IMG/VR virus record: IMGVR_UViG_3300020269_000018
Location: 1 to 37,502 of that record
Length of the DNA stretch: 37,502 nucleotides
Direction: 5' to 3' (one strand)
Source: a virus
Lineage: Duplodnaviria; Caudoviricetes
Below, piece by piece: positions 7,708 to 17,029 of this stretch. The position numbers and the translations under genes are program-made. The notes below the pieces were generated by a model, which was not told where the DNA came from, made no database searches, and saw nothing but the letters and a program-made list of their open reading frames with translations. Numbering within the stretch: the first letter of the stretch is position 1; each line of letters starts with the position of its first letter.

Positions 7708-7906
7708 ATGCCCTTATTGTGATAGTACTGATAACGTTTGTGTCAGTACTATTAATAGAGCCAACATCAACGGTAAACAACGCCAAGTTAATTACGTTTG
7801 GCGTAGGCGTAAATGTTCTAATTGTGGTCAAAAATTTACCACGCATGAAAAGACAGAACAAGAATGGACTAAAGAAAAATATTTAAATTTATTAGAAAAA
7901 CTTTAA
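7700..7906 (+). CDS. NrdR-like zinc-ribbon protein without ATP-cone
   Basis: KCPYC...RRRKCSNCGQKFTTHE matches the NrdR N-terminal signature; only 68 aa. Confidence 0.8.
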   Translation: MLKCPYCDSTDNVCVSTINRANINGKQRQVNYVWRRRKCSNCGQKFTTHEKTEQEWTKEKYLNLLEKL

Positions 7907-7918
7907 TTTTTTATTACT

Positions 7919-8776
7919 ATGCTCAGTCACAAATCTAAAGGTACGAAAGTGCCTACTCTTTCGCAAGCTACTCATACCTATTACAAGCGAAGGCTCAACG
8001 GTCTAACTAGTGCGGATAATTATCTAAAAACAATGAAGATAATTATTAAAATTTTAGGTGATAAACCAGTAGATAAAATTGGCGTTACTGACGTTAATAA
8101 ACTGATTGATCACCTAGTCCAGAAAAAGAAAAAGAACAGCACTATAAACTCATACAAGGGTAGATTAGAAACTACTCTTAGGGAGATGGTACAAGCTGGT
8201 CATATAGATCCATTAACAGCAACAAAAAATTTAAGAGAAGGTGATAAAGATATACATATATTAAATGCTGATATGGAAGATAAATTAATATATAAATTTA
8301 AAGAATTAGATTTTTTATTACATAAACAAATTTCATTAATAGGTTTAGAAACTGGTCTAAGATGGTGCGAAATGTTTGAGGTTAGAAAAAGAAATATAGA
8401 TTTAAATTATGGTCAAATTACTATTGAATCAAGAAAAAATTATACACAATTAACTATACCTTTAACAGAAAAAGCAGCATCATTAATATACGATCATCTA
8501 GGTTTTTGTGATGATAATGATAGGGTTTTTCCTTTTGATAATAAATGGAAATATGGAGGGTGGAATATTGCTAGGCGTGATCTAGGTTACGAAAAAACAG
8601 AATGGTATGTACCACATATAACAAGACATACAGCGTGTACTCGTATGTTGCAGAAGGGTGTACCGCTACCAGTAGTGTCTAACTGGTTAGGTCATAAAAG
8701 CATAGCAGTTACTATGAGGTACGCCCATTTTGTACCGTCAATAATGAATCAGTATAAGGAGCTACTCAATAAATGA
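7919..8776 (+). CDS. int: Tyrosine recombinase / integrase
   Basis: TGLR, HITRH, WLGH, TMRYAH; catalytic residues look intact. Alternative GTG start at 7949. Confidence 0.92.
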   Translation: MLSHKSKGTKVPTLSQATHTYYKRRLNGLTSADNYLKTMKIIIKILGDKPVDKIGVTDVNKLIDHLVQKKKKNSTINSYKGRLETTLREMVQAGHIDPLTATKNLREGDKDIHILNADMEDKLIYKFKELDFLLHKQISLIGLETGLRWCEMFEVRKRNIDLNYGQITIESRKNYTQLTIPLTEKAASLIYDHLGFCDDNDRVFPFDNKWKYGGWNIARRDLGYEKTEWYVPHITRHTACTRMLQKGVPLPVVSNWLGHKSIAVTMRYAHFVPSIMNQYKELLNK

Positions 8777-8871
8777 ACCGCAAAGAAAAAATACAAAAAG
8801 CGAAAGAACGCATCAAAGAATTAGAAACCTTAATTAAACATTGGGAGCAACCTAAAAATGAATCTAAATGA
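8773..8871 (+). CDS. 32-aa coiled-coil peptide (MNRKEKIQKAKERIKELETLIKHWEQPKNESK)
   Basis: ATGA overlap with the int stop; overlaps the RNAP start. Confidence 0.55.
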   Translation: MNRKEKIQKAKERIKELETLIKHWEQPKNESK

Positions 8872-11266
8872 CCTACAAAAACAACTAGAAAATGATGTAA
8901 AACAAGCAGCAATTACATCAAGAAATAATAAAAATAATAAGAATATACAAAATAAAAATGAATCAGAAAATGATTATGCCAGAGCCATCATGGTTACTAG
9001 TATTAAATATTTTACTGAGGCATTAAAAAAATTTTGTGATGAATCTATTAAAGGTCAAGCAGGGGTAAAAGCAACAAGTTCTAAAGTTTTAAATTTATTT
9101 GATGATTTAGATCTAGTTAGCTTTCTTGTTTTTAAGGTAATACTAGATCGTGCTAGTCATATCAGTACAGTTACTTCTGTTGCAATGGCAATAGGGCAAA
9201 GGTTAGATGACGAGTTGAGATATATATATTACGAGCAAGAAGATAAAAAATATTTTAAAAATATGATTAAACATATGAATGATACACAACATAGTAGATA
9301 CCGCAGATCTTTATTAGTTTATTCATTTAATAAAAAGGGTTATAGATATTTAGGTTTAACCAAAGAAGAACGTCTTAGGTTGGGTTTTAAAATGATAGAC
9401 ATAATGACTATGCAAATTGGCCTTACAAAAATATCTAGAGGTAGAGGTAGTAAATATTTACAGTTAACTGACAAAATGATTGAGTGGATTGATAGACAAA
9501 AATACAATAAGTTTGTAGCTCTACCTACATACCTACCTTGTGTAGTAAAACCAAAGCGGTGGACTGATCCATACAATGGTGGTTTTCATTATAATTTTAA
9601 AAATTTAAAGATACTTAAAACAGATAATGATTACCAACTTCTTAGATTAAAAGAAGAAAATCCAATACATTTTTATAATGCTATTAATGGATTACAAGAG
9701 ACAGGATTTAAGGTTAATAAAAAAGTACTAAAGGTTGCATTAAAACTATTTGAAATGAACGTTGAGGTAGGTTGTATGGCGAGTGCAGAGCAAAGACCAT
9801 TACCACCTAAACCCTATGATATTGCCACTAATGAAATAGCTAGAAAAAAATGGAGACAAGAAGCAAAAATTGTACATGAATATAATCAACACACATTGTC
9901 TAAAAGATTACAAACACTTCTGATTTTAAATACAGCAGAAAAATTTAAAGACAATATTTTTTATCATGTAATGCAAGCGGATTTTAGAGGTAGGATTTAT
10001 TCTGTAACCGCTCATTTTAATCCGCAAGGTAACGATCTAGCTAGAGCATTACATTTGTTTGAGAAGCCTAGCAAGATTGAATCATATAAAGAATTAGAAT
10101 ATTTAAAACTTCATGGTGCAAATTTACAGGGTATTACTGGTACATTTTATAATCGTGTAAATCTTGCTGATACTTATTTTAAAGCTAATAAAGAAACAAC
10201 CTACGAAATGTCATTTAATGGCGAACATAGATATACAGTAACGCCTGAGATACAGGGTAAAAATCTTTTTGAACTGGTTGATAAAGATCCATTAGAACAC
10301 ATAGATTTATGGGCGAATGAACCAAAACCTTTTCAGTTTTTAGCTTACTGTTTTGAACGTGCAGCATATCAAAGACACATAACAAAATTTAGTGAAGCTA
10401 AATATAAATCACATTTACCAATTTATTTAGATGGTACTAATAATGCTTATCAACATATAGCCTGTCTTTGCAAAGATCATAAATTAGCAAAAGCTGTAAA
10501 TCTAGCACCACAAACACTAAGACCAGAGGATCTATATACAAAAGTATTAGACCAGCTTATGTCTAATTTAACTAGTTATTTTTTACATAAAAATGAATTA
10601 ATAACTGATTGGCTGAATGAAAAAATTGACAGAAAATTTATAAAGAAACCTGTATTAATGATTCCATACGGTGGTTCTGATTTTGGAATAATAAAATACA
10701 TAGAGCAATATAAGTGGCGAGAACCAAAGACACAAGAGCATTGCAAAATTTTATGTAAATACATACGCATATCATTACTACAGGTTGCACCAAGTATTGA
10801 TCATGTAATTACTTATCTAAAATCTGCACTAGGATTAGGTCTTACTGATGGATGGATAACGCCAAGTGGTTTTTATGTACAACAAAAATATTTAAAAAAT
10901 AAAAGTAAACAGGTAAAAACTAAATTAGGTAACAGTAGTATTAGATTATCAGTCTGTGAATATACGGATAAACCTGACACAAAGAAATCTAATAATTCTA
11001 TATGTGCAAACTTTGTACAAAGCTATGATGCAGCTAATGTACATCTTGCAATATCAAAAGCATTAGATAAAAAAATTAAACAATTTATTACTGTACATGA
11101 TAGCTATGCTACGACTTGTGGACAGATAGAAGAGTTTATTGAAGTAGTTAAAGAAGCCTTTGTAGAGTTATATATTAATAACGATTGTCCACTATATAAG
11201 AACTTACCACCAACAGGTAATTTTGATGTCAAGGAAGTTTTGAAAGCGATATATATCTTTAGCTAG
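8858..11266 (+). CDS. T7-like single-subunit RNA polymerase
   Basis: DFRGRIY, PQGND, PFQFLA, LDGTNNAYQH, R...KKPVLMIPYG, NFVQSYDA, VHDSY, C-terminal YIFS. Confidence 0.96.
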   Translation: MNLNDLQKQLENDVKQAAITSRNNKNNKNIQNKNESENDYARAIMVTSIKYFTEALKKFCDESIKGQAGVKATSSKVLNLFDDLDLVSFLVFKVILDRASHISTVTSVAMAIGQRLDDELRYIYYEQEDKKYFKNMIKHMNDTQHSRYRRSLLVYSFNKKGYRYLGLTKEERLRLGFKMIDIMTMQIGLTKISRGRGSKYLQLTDKMIEWIDRQKYNKFVALPTYLPCVVKPKRWTDPYNGGFHYNFKNLKILKTDNDYQLLRLKEENPIHFYNAINGLQETGFKVNKKVLKVALKLFEMNVEVGCMASAEQRPLPPKPYDIATNEIARKKWRQEAKIVHEYNQHTLSKRLQTLLILNTAEKFKDNIFYHVMQADFRGRIYSVTAHFNPQGNDLARALHLFEKPSKIESYKELEYLKLHGANLQGITGTFYNRVNLADTYFKANKETTYEMSFNGEHRYTVTPEIQGKNLFELVDKDPLEHIDLWANEPKPFQFLAYCFERAAYQRHITKFSEAKYKSHLPIYLDGTNNAYQHIACLCKDHKLAKAVNLAPQTLRPEDLYTKVLDQLMSNLTSYFLHKNELITDWLNEKIDRKFIKKPVLMIPYGGSDFGIIKYIEQYKWREPKTQEHCKILCKYIRISLLQVAPSIDHVITYLKSALGLGLTDGWITPSGFYVQQKYLKNKSKQVKTKLGNSSIRLSVCEYTDKPDTKKSNNSICANFVQSYDAANVHLAISKALDKKIKQFITVHDSYATTCGQIEEFIEVVKEAFVELYINNDCPLYKNLPPTGNFDVKEVLKAIYIFS

Positions 11267-11267
11267 G

Positions 11268-11296
11268 TTGGACAGATTTATAAATACAGGTATTAT
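11268..11296 (+). promoter_or_regulatory. Putative sigma70-type promoter for the replication genes
   Basis: TTGGAC-17 bp-TATTAT, followed by small hairpin ACCTC-TATAT-GAGGT. Confidence 0.45.
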
Positions 11297-11349
11297 TAAT
11301 GAACCTCTATATGAGGTAATAAAAAAAACTTATTAAAGGACTAAACCAA

Positions 11350-12078
11350 ATGGCTGATTTTAAATTTGAAAAAAATCTAACTACTTGCAGGGGTTACTTA
11401 AAATACTGTTGGCTAGTAAAACCTGATGACAAATACAACAACTACCAAGCAACATTAGTTGTTAAACCTGATATGGAACATACCTTATCAGAAAAAGAAT
11501 GTAGAGAAAGAGGTGTTCCAAGCGGTACAAAAGTAAATTCAGTTGAGTATATGTGTGACTTACTGCTCAATATAAAACAAGAATTTCAAGACGCATTAAT
11601 AGAAGCATACCCACAAAGAAAAGGACAATTCAAATGGCAGCCAAGTGTAAAAACAGGTAAGCCAGTTGAGTATTGGCGTATTGAAGAGGATGGTAGTTTA
11701 AGCATCAGATTTAAAAAAGTTGCTAGTGGTGTCAGAAAAAAAGATGGTGAAAAATTTACATCAACACCACCTAAATTTTTTAAACAAGAAAATGGTTTAA
11801 TGGTTCTTTGTACTGATGAAGAAAAACAGAAATACGATAAGATTTCTCCTGAGAGTATTGGTGAAATTAATATGCGTATAGTCGGATATGACTACGATTA
11901 CATAGGTTTCAAATTAGAACCTAGTGCAATATGCGTTAGACACTTTGTACCTTATGTCGGAGGTATGCAAACAGCAGAGGAGTTTGGATTTGAACCAGAA
12001 AAAGAAGCAGCAACACCAAGCAGTTGGGAAGAACCGCAAGAAACTAAAGTTGGATCAGCAACAGGGGGAGACTTCTAA
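11350..12078 (+). CDS. Single-stranded DNA-binding protein (T7 gp2.5-like)
   Basis: Synteny; YCWLVKPDDKY motif; acidic tail ending GDF. Confidence 0.85.
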   Translation: MADFKFEKNLTTCRGYLKYCWLVKPDDKYNNYQATLVVKPDMEHTLSEKECRERGVPSGTKVNSVEYMCDLLLNIKQEFQDALIEAYPQRKGQFKWQPSVKTGKPVEYWRIEEDGSLSIRFKKVASGVRKKDGEKFTSTPPKFFKQENGLMVLCTDEEKQKYDKISPESIGEINMRIVGYDYDYIGFKLEPSAICVRHFVPYVGGMQTAEEFGFEPEKEAATPSSWEEPQETKVGSATGGDF

Positions 12079-12427
12079 TAAATACAAAAGTCATTTTGAA
12101 AAAGAATTTGCTAAAGATTTAAAACAAAAGAAAATTGTATTTACTTATGAAACGCTTACCGTTGATTATGAAATTACTTGCACCTATAAGCCTGACTTTA
12201 TCCTCAACAATTTTATTGTGGAAACGAAAGGCTACTTCTCCAAAGAAGATAGACGCAAACACATTGCGATTAAGAAGAAACGACCCGACTTAGATATAAG
12301 GTTCTGTTTTCAAAACAGCAAGACCAAACTATCTAAAGCCAAGAACTCTATCTCGTATGCCGATTGGTGTACGAGACATGGGTTTCAATATTGTGAAAAA
12401 TTTATTCCAAAAGATTGGTATGACTAA
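12050..12427 (+). CDS. Endonuclease I / Holliday junction resolvase (T7 gp3-like); start uncertain
   Basis: YKS.FE, YKPDF, VETKG, DR.KH, LDIRF.F, YADWC..HGF; no in-frame ATG, nearest start is TTG12050. Confidence 0.9.
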   Translation: MDQQQGETSNKYKSHFEKEFAKDLKQKKIVFTYETLTVDYEITCTYKPDFILNNFIVETKGYFSKEDRRKHIAIKKKRPDLDIRFCFQNSKTKLSKAKNSISYADWCTRHGFQYCEKFIPKDWYD

Positions 12428-12566
12428 ATTCTATCCACAAAAGTCAAATGAACCAGAGCAGGGTGATGTTTGCTTTGATGAAGAAAAAAATTCATGGGTA
12501 ATATATAACGGTGAAGAATGGATTGAAATAACAAAGAAAGAATATTTTGGTGGTGATATATGGTAA
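12420..12566 (+). CDS. Small hypothetical protein, 48 aa (GDVCFD...WVIYNGEEW)
   Basis: ATG12420 overlaps the endonuclease end; stop overlaps the primase start. Confidence 0.6.
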   Translation: MTKFYPQKSNEPEQGDVCFDEEKNSWVIYNGEEWIEITKKEYFGGDIW

Positions 12567-14194
12567 CGCAAAGTAAATATATAAAAAAGACTGCGTGTCC
12601 ACAATGCGGTAGTAAAGATAATCTTGCGTGGTTTGATGATGGTCACGCTTTTTGTTTTTCAGTTGATTGCGATTATAAATTTTATCCAGAAAAAGAAAAA
12701 TCTACACCACTAAAACTAGTACCAGAAACACCATTTAAATCAGAACCTGTGAAATTATTAAAAGTAACCTATCAAGATTTACCTAAACGTGGAATCACTA
12801 AAGAAACTTGTGAACTATATGGTTATGGGATTGGTGTATTCAATGGTCAGGATTGTCAGGTAGCTACATACAAAGATCAATACGGTAAAGATGTAGCCCA
12901 ACATTTAAAATTTAGGGGAAAAAAATTTAGATGGATTGGTGATATGTCTAAGGTTCAATTATGGGGACAACATCTATGTAGGCAACAGGGTACAGGCGGT
13001 ATATTCTTATCTGTTTTTGAAGGCGAAACTGACTGCATGGCAGCTAGTCAAATTTTTGATCACAAGTTTCCTTGTGTCTCTATCCCATCAGGCGTACAAT
13101 CAGCAGCAAAATTTATTTCATTAAATTATCCATTTTTAGATAAATATTATCGAGTCGTTATTTGTTTCGACAATGATAAAGCAGGTGAGTTAGGTGCGGA
13201 AAAATCTATGGCTGCATTACCTAAAGGCAAAGCTGCAATTGCAAGACTACCAGAAGGTATTAATGATGTTAATGATTTATTACTAGCTAAAAGAAGTAGT
13301 GAATTAAGAGACATTCTTTGGAAAGCTCAAAGCTGTAGATCAGATCACATTATCAATGGTGCTGATGCGTGGGATATTTTTACAAAAAAAACAAGTGAAC
13401 CTATTTGTGATTATCCATATCCAACCTTACAAAATTACTTGCAAGGTATATATCCAAAACAAATGATCACACTTGCTGCTGGTAGTGGTACAGGTAAGTC
13501 AACTTTATGCAGAGAGTTTTCATATCACTTTTTAAGAAATGGTCTAAAGGTCGGTTACTTAGCACTAGAAGAATCAGTACAAAGAACTCTTATGGGTTTG
13601 GTTGGTATAGACATGAACATACCTTTGCATCTCGCTGCTCAAGAAACAATAGATCAAGAAGAATTAAAATCATCCTTTGATAAAATTACCAGTAGTAGAA
13701 ACTTATTTTTATATAATCATTTTGGAAGCATTGAACCAGATATATTAATCAATCAGATTAGAGAACTAGCTACTGTTGATAAGGTTGACGTTGTTGTACT
13801 TGATCACCTGACAATAGTTGTAAGTGGTGTATTAGATAAAATAGGTGACGAGAGAAAAGCGTTAGATCTTATTACCACAAAGCTAAGAAGTCTTGCAGAA
13901 GAAACAAACATAGCGTTATTAGTAGTAACTCATTTATCTAGACCACAAGGCAAAGGACATGAGGAAGGTGCTGATGTTTCTCTTAGAGATATTCGTGGTT
14001 CACATGGTCTTGTTCAAACTTCTGATGTTTGTCTTAGCTTGACTAGAAATCAAGTTGGTGATGCTGCTGAAAGATCAAGATTGCAATTAAAAATACTAAA
14101 ATCTAGACATACTGGTATGACAGGAGAAGTAGATAAATTATTGTATGACCAGAAAACTGGTCGATTATTAGTTTATTCGGATGACTTTTTATGA
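12560..14194 (+). CDS. DNA primase/helicase (T7 gp4-like)
   Basis: Zn finger CPQCGS...HAFCF..DC, TOPRIM EGETD and FDNDKAG, Walker A AGSGTGKST, LDHL, HLSR, RGS. Confidence 0.96.
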   Translation: MVTQSKYIKKTACPQCGSKDNLAWFDDGHAFCFSVDCDYKFYPEKEKSTPLKLVPETPFKSEPVKLLKVTYQDLPKRGITKETCELYGYGIGVFNGQDCQVATYKDQYGKDVAQHLKFRGKKFRWIGDMSKVQLWGQHLCRQQGTGGIFLSVFEGETDCMAASQIFDHKFPCVSIPSGVQSAAKFISLNYPFLDKYYRVVICFDNDKAGELGAEKSMAALPKGKAAIARLPEGINDVNDLLLAKRSSELRDILWKAQSCRSDHIINGADAWDIFTKKTSEPICDYPYPTLQNYLQGIYPKQMITLAAGSGTGKSTLCREFSYHFLRNGLKVGYLALEESVQRTLMGLVGIDMNIPLHLAAQETIDQEELKSSFDKITSSRNLFLYNHFGSIEPDILINQIRELATVDKVDVVVLDHLTIVVSGVLDKIGDERKALDLITTKLRSLAEETNIALLVVTHLSRPQGKGHEEGADVSLRDIRGSHGLVQTSDVCLSLTRNQVGDAAERSRLQLKILKSRHTGMTGEVDKLLYDQKTGRLLVYSDDFL

Positions 14195-14931
14195 CTCTAC
14201 TTATTGATGCTGATTATTTAATTTATTCATCTTGTGCTGCTTGTGAGTATGACAGAAGATGGACTTGTGGCAACCATACTTTAGATAGCCATGAAGATGA
14301 CATTATGGTAGCTATTCAAAACAAGCTTGCATACTATAAGAAAGTTGCAGAAGATGACCATGAAGTTGTTATGTGTTTTAGTTCATATCCTAATTTTAGA
14401 CATGAAATATATCCTGACTATAAAATTAACAGAATAGGTAAAAGACCGCCTATGGCTCTTAAAAATGTAATAGCTTTAGTTAAAGAAAAATATACATATG
14501 AATTATTAGAAAATTTAGAAGGTGATGATGTTCTAGGAATTATGAGTAATAACAAAAAATATGATGATCCAATAGTAGTCTCACCTGATAAAGATATGAG
14601 AACAGTACCTTGTAAACTAATAGCAAAGGATGATATTGAATTAATTACAAAACGAAAAGCAAATAGATCATTTATGTGTCAGGTTTTAAGTGGAGATCCA
14701 TCTGACAATTATAAAGGTTTAGAGAAAGTAGGTAGTGTAACAGCAGAAAAGATATTAGGTGATGCGATAGAACTAGAGGATATGTGGGAGAAAGTGACAG
14801 AAGCATATAAGAAGAAGGGTCACACTATTAATGATGCTATTCTTACAGCAAGACTTGCACGAATATTACGACATGAAGATGAATATAATGGTTTAACAGG
14901 AGAAGTTAAACTTTGGAATCCTAAGTTTTGA
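14191..14931 (+). CDS. 5'-3' exonuclease (T7 gp6-like)
   Basis: LLIDAD, NFR..IYPDYK.NR, LEGDD, SPDKD, GDPSDNYKG..KVG, ARLARIL. Confidence 0.93.
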   Translation: MTLLIDADYLIYSSCAACEYDRRWTCGNHTLDSHEDDIMVAIQNKLAYYKKVAEDDHEVVMCFSSYPNFRHEIYPDYKINRIGKRPPMALKNVIALVKEKYTYELLENLEGDDVLGIMSNNKKYDDPIVVSPDKDMRTVPCKLIAKDDIELITKRKANRSFMCQVLSGDPSDNYKGLEKVGSVTAEKILGDAIELEDMWEKVTEAYKKKGHTINDAILTARLARILRHEDEYNGLTGEVKLWNPKF

Positions 14932-14993
14932 GAACTAATAGTGTGATATTTGGCTGTTGCACGTTATATTATAATTAAGTCTTTTATTATTCT

Positions 14994-15203
14994 ATGGCAG
15001 TTGAAATGTTACCTATTATTTCTGATGAAATGATAGATGCATTATCGGTTGCTTTTCCTAATCGTTGCCCTGATTTATCTGATACAGATAGAGAAGTGTG
15101 GTACAAATCTGGACAAAGATCAGTTGTAGATTTCTTAATCGAACAACAAAAAAGACAAAAAGAAAATCTTTTAACAAATTCTGTAATTCCACAAGGAGTT
15201 TAA
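14994..15203 (+). CDS. Conserved phage protein, 69 aa (FP..CP...EVWY..GQRSVV.FL)
   Basis: ORF track; typical position before the portal. Confidence 0.75.
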   Translation: MAVEMLPIISDEMIDALSVAFPNRCPDLSDTDREVWYKSGQRSVVDFLIEQQKRQKENLLTNSVIPQGV

Positions 15204-15206
15204 TCT

Positions 15207-15449
15207 ATGTGTTTCTTTGCTCCAAAACCACCCGAACCACCCGATATTCCAGAACAAAGACCAACTGCACCTTTGCCAGAAGAAACTGCTGATGCACCTG
15301 TAACTGGTAGTAAAAGACAGGCTGTTAAGCTGAAGAAAAAAGTATCAGGTGGTGTTAATCAAGCAAGAAAAACATTAGGTACAAAACTTCTTAGAATACC
15401 TTTACTAAGTAAGACTACTAGTGGTGGTAATTTAAACTATAACCCATAA
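15207..15449 (+). CDS. Small virion/ejection protein (T7 gp6.7/7.3-like)
   Basis: MC start, Pro-rich, G...LRIPL...GGNLN tail, directly before the portal. Confidence 0.65.
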   Translation: MCFFAPKPPEPPDIPEQRPTAPLPEETADAPVTGSKRQAVKLKKKVSGGVNQARKTLGTKLLRIPLLSKTTSGGNLNYNP

Positions 15450-15454
15450 AAAAA

Positions 15455-17029
15455 ATGCAAGGAACAGCAGAAGCACGATACAACCGTATGGCAACAGAGA
15501 GATCTGCCTATGAACAAGACGGTGAAAAAGCTGCTGATCTTACAATACCTTCTTTATACAGAAGGACTAAATCTAAAAGTCAAAAGATTAGGCAACCTTT
15601 TCAAAGTGTAGGTGCAAAAGCAGTTAATACATTAGCTGCAAAACTTTTGTCTGTATTGCTTCCACCAGAAGCTAGTATGTTTCAACTTACCATTGATACA
15701 TTAAAACTAGCAGAAACAGGACAACCGCAATTTATGTCAGAAATAGACAAATCTTTGCGTATGTATGAGAGTGCTGTTAATAATGAGATTGATATAAGTA
15801 ATGATAGAGTTGCATTATTTGAAGCATTAAAACATCTTATTGTTGTTGGTAATGTTCTTTTATATGTAGGTGAAAATGGTATTAAGGTATATCATCTTGA
15901 TAGATATGTATGTCAACGAGATGATGTAGGTAATATCATTGAAATTATTACGAAAGAAACAGTACACATAAATGCCTTTGATAAAGATTTTATAGATAAA
16001 TTAAAAGAAAAAGCTGCATATGATGAAGAGCAAATGATAGATGAAGAGATAGATGTATATACAAGAGTCACTAGAAATGGTGATACACATAACTGGTATC
16101 AAGAATGTAAAGGCGAAAAGATACCTGATACTGATGGTGTTTCTAAAGTAGACAATTCACCTTTTATAGTTTTACGTTGGACTAGAAGAGATGGTATGGA
16201 TTATGGAGAATCATATGTCCATGAATATAGAGGTGATTTAATTAGTCTTGAATCATTAATGCAAGCAATAATAGAAGGTGCAGCAGCTAGTGCAAAAGTA
16301 CTATTTTTGGTAAATCCAAACGGTGTAACTAGAAGTCAAACATTAGCATCAGCACCTAATGGAGCAGTAAGAGAAGGACTAGCAAGTGACGTAAGTACCT
16401 TACAAGTAAATAAAGCTGGTGACTTTGCTATTGCTTATCAAGCTATGGAAAGAATAGAGTCAAGACTAGAACACGCTTTCCTTATGGCTAAGAGTGTACA
16501 GAGACAGGCAGAGAGAGTTACAAGTACTGAAATACAAATTATGGCTAGTGAATTAGAACAAGCATTGGGTGGCATATACAGTATTTTAAGTAATGAGTTC
16601 CAATTGCCCTATATCAAACGTAGAATACATATGTTAGTTAGAAGTAAAAAATTAAAAAAATTACCAGACGAACTAGTAAAACCAAAAATAGTTACAGGGG
16701 TAAATGGTCTTGGTAGAAATTCAGATAAAGCAAAACAAATTGAATTTATACAAACAATTGCTCAAGCTCTTGGTGCAGATGTTATGCGTCAATACATCAA
16801 CCTAGATGAAGCTATCAGGCGGTTTGCAACAAGTGTTGGCATAGATACTATAAATTTAGTAAAATCAAAAGAAGAGATACAACAAGAAATGCAGCAAATG
16901 CAGCAGCAACAACTAGTACAATCTCTTGGTAGTGCAGCTTTAGGTTCTAAATTAGTTGATCCTAAGAATGTTGCTGAAGCTAAAAAAATTGCGGAGGAAA
17001 CTCGAAATGCCACAACAGAAGAAGTCTAA
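15455..17029 (+). CDS. Portal / head-tail connector (T7 gp8-like)
   Basis: TIPSL, QSVGA..VN.LAAKL, LVNPNG, AERVT.TEI, LGGIYS.L..EFQ.P. Confidence 0.95.
   Translation: MQGTAEARYNRMATERSAYEQDGEKAADLTIPSLYRRTKSKSQKIRQPFQSVGAKAVNTLAAKLLSVLLPPEASMFQLTIDTLKLAETGQPQFMSEIDKSLRMYESAVNNEIDISNDRVALFEALKHLIVVGNVLLYVGENGIKVYHLDRYVCQRDDVGNIIEIITKETVHINAFDKDFIDKLKEKAAYDEEQMIDEEIDVYTRVTRNGDTHNWYQECKGEKIPDTDGVSKVDNSPFIVLRWTRRDGMDYGESYVHEYRGDLISLESLMQAIIEGAAASAKVLFLVNPNGVTRSQTLASAPNGAVREGLASDVSTLQVNKAGDFAIAYQAMERIESRLEHAFLMAKSVQRQAERVTSTEIQIMASELEQALGGIYSILSNEFQLPYIKRRIHMLVRSKKLKKLPDELVKPKIVTGVNGLGRNSDKAKQIEFIQTIAQALGADVMRQYINLDEAIRRFATSVGIDTINLVKSKEEIQQEMQQMQQQQLVQSLGSAALGSKLVDPKNVAEAKKIAEETRNATTEEV

Noticed and set aside
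3229-7930. GCTCA motif as the phage RNAP promoter
   Set aside because: Found only at early genes, and two copies sit at the +1 of sigma70 promoters; phage promoters should precede middle and late genes. Not fully excluded.
14956-14967. TGTTGCACGTTAT as another sRNA target
   Set aside because: Lacks the GCTCA core and lies upstream of the predicted -10, so probably not transcribed from that promoter.
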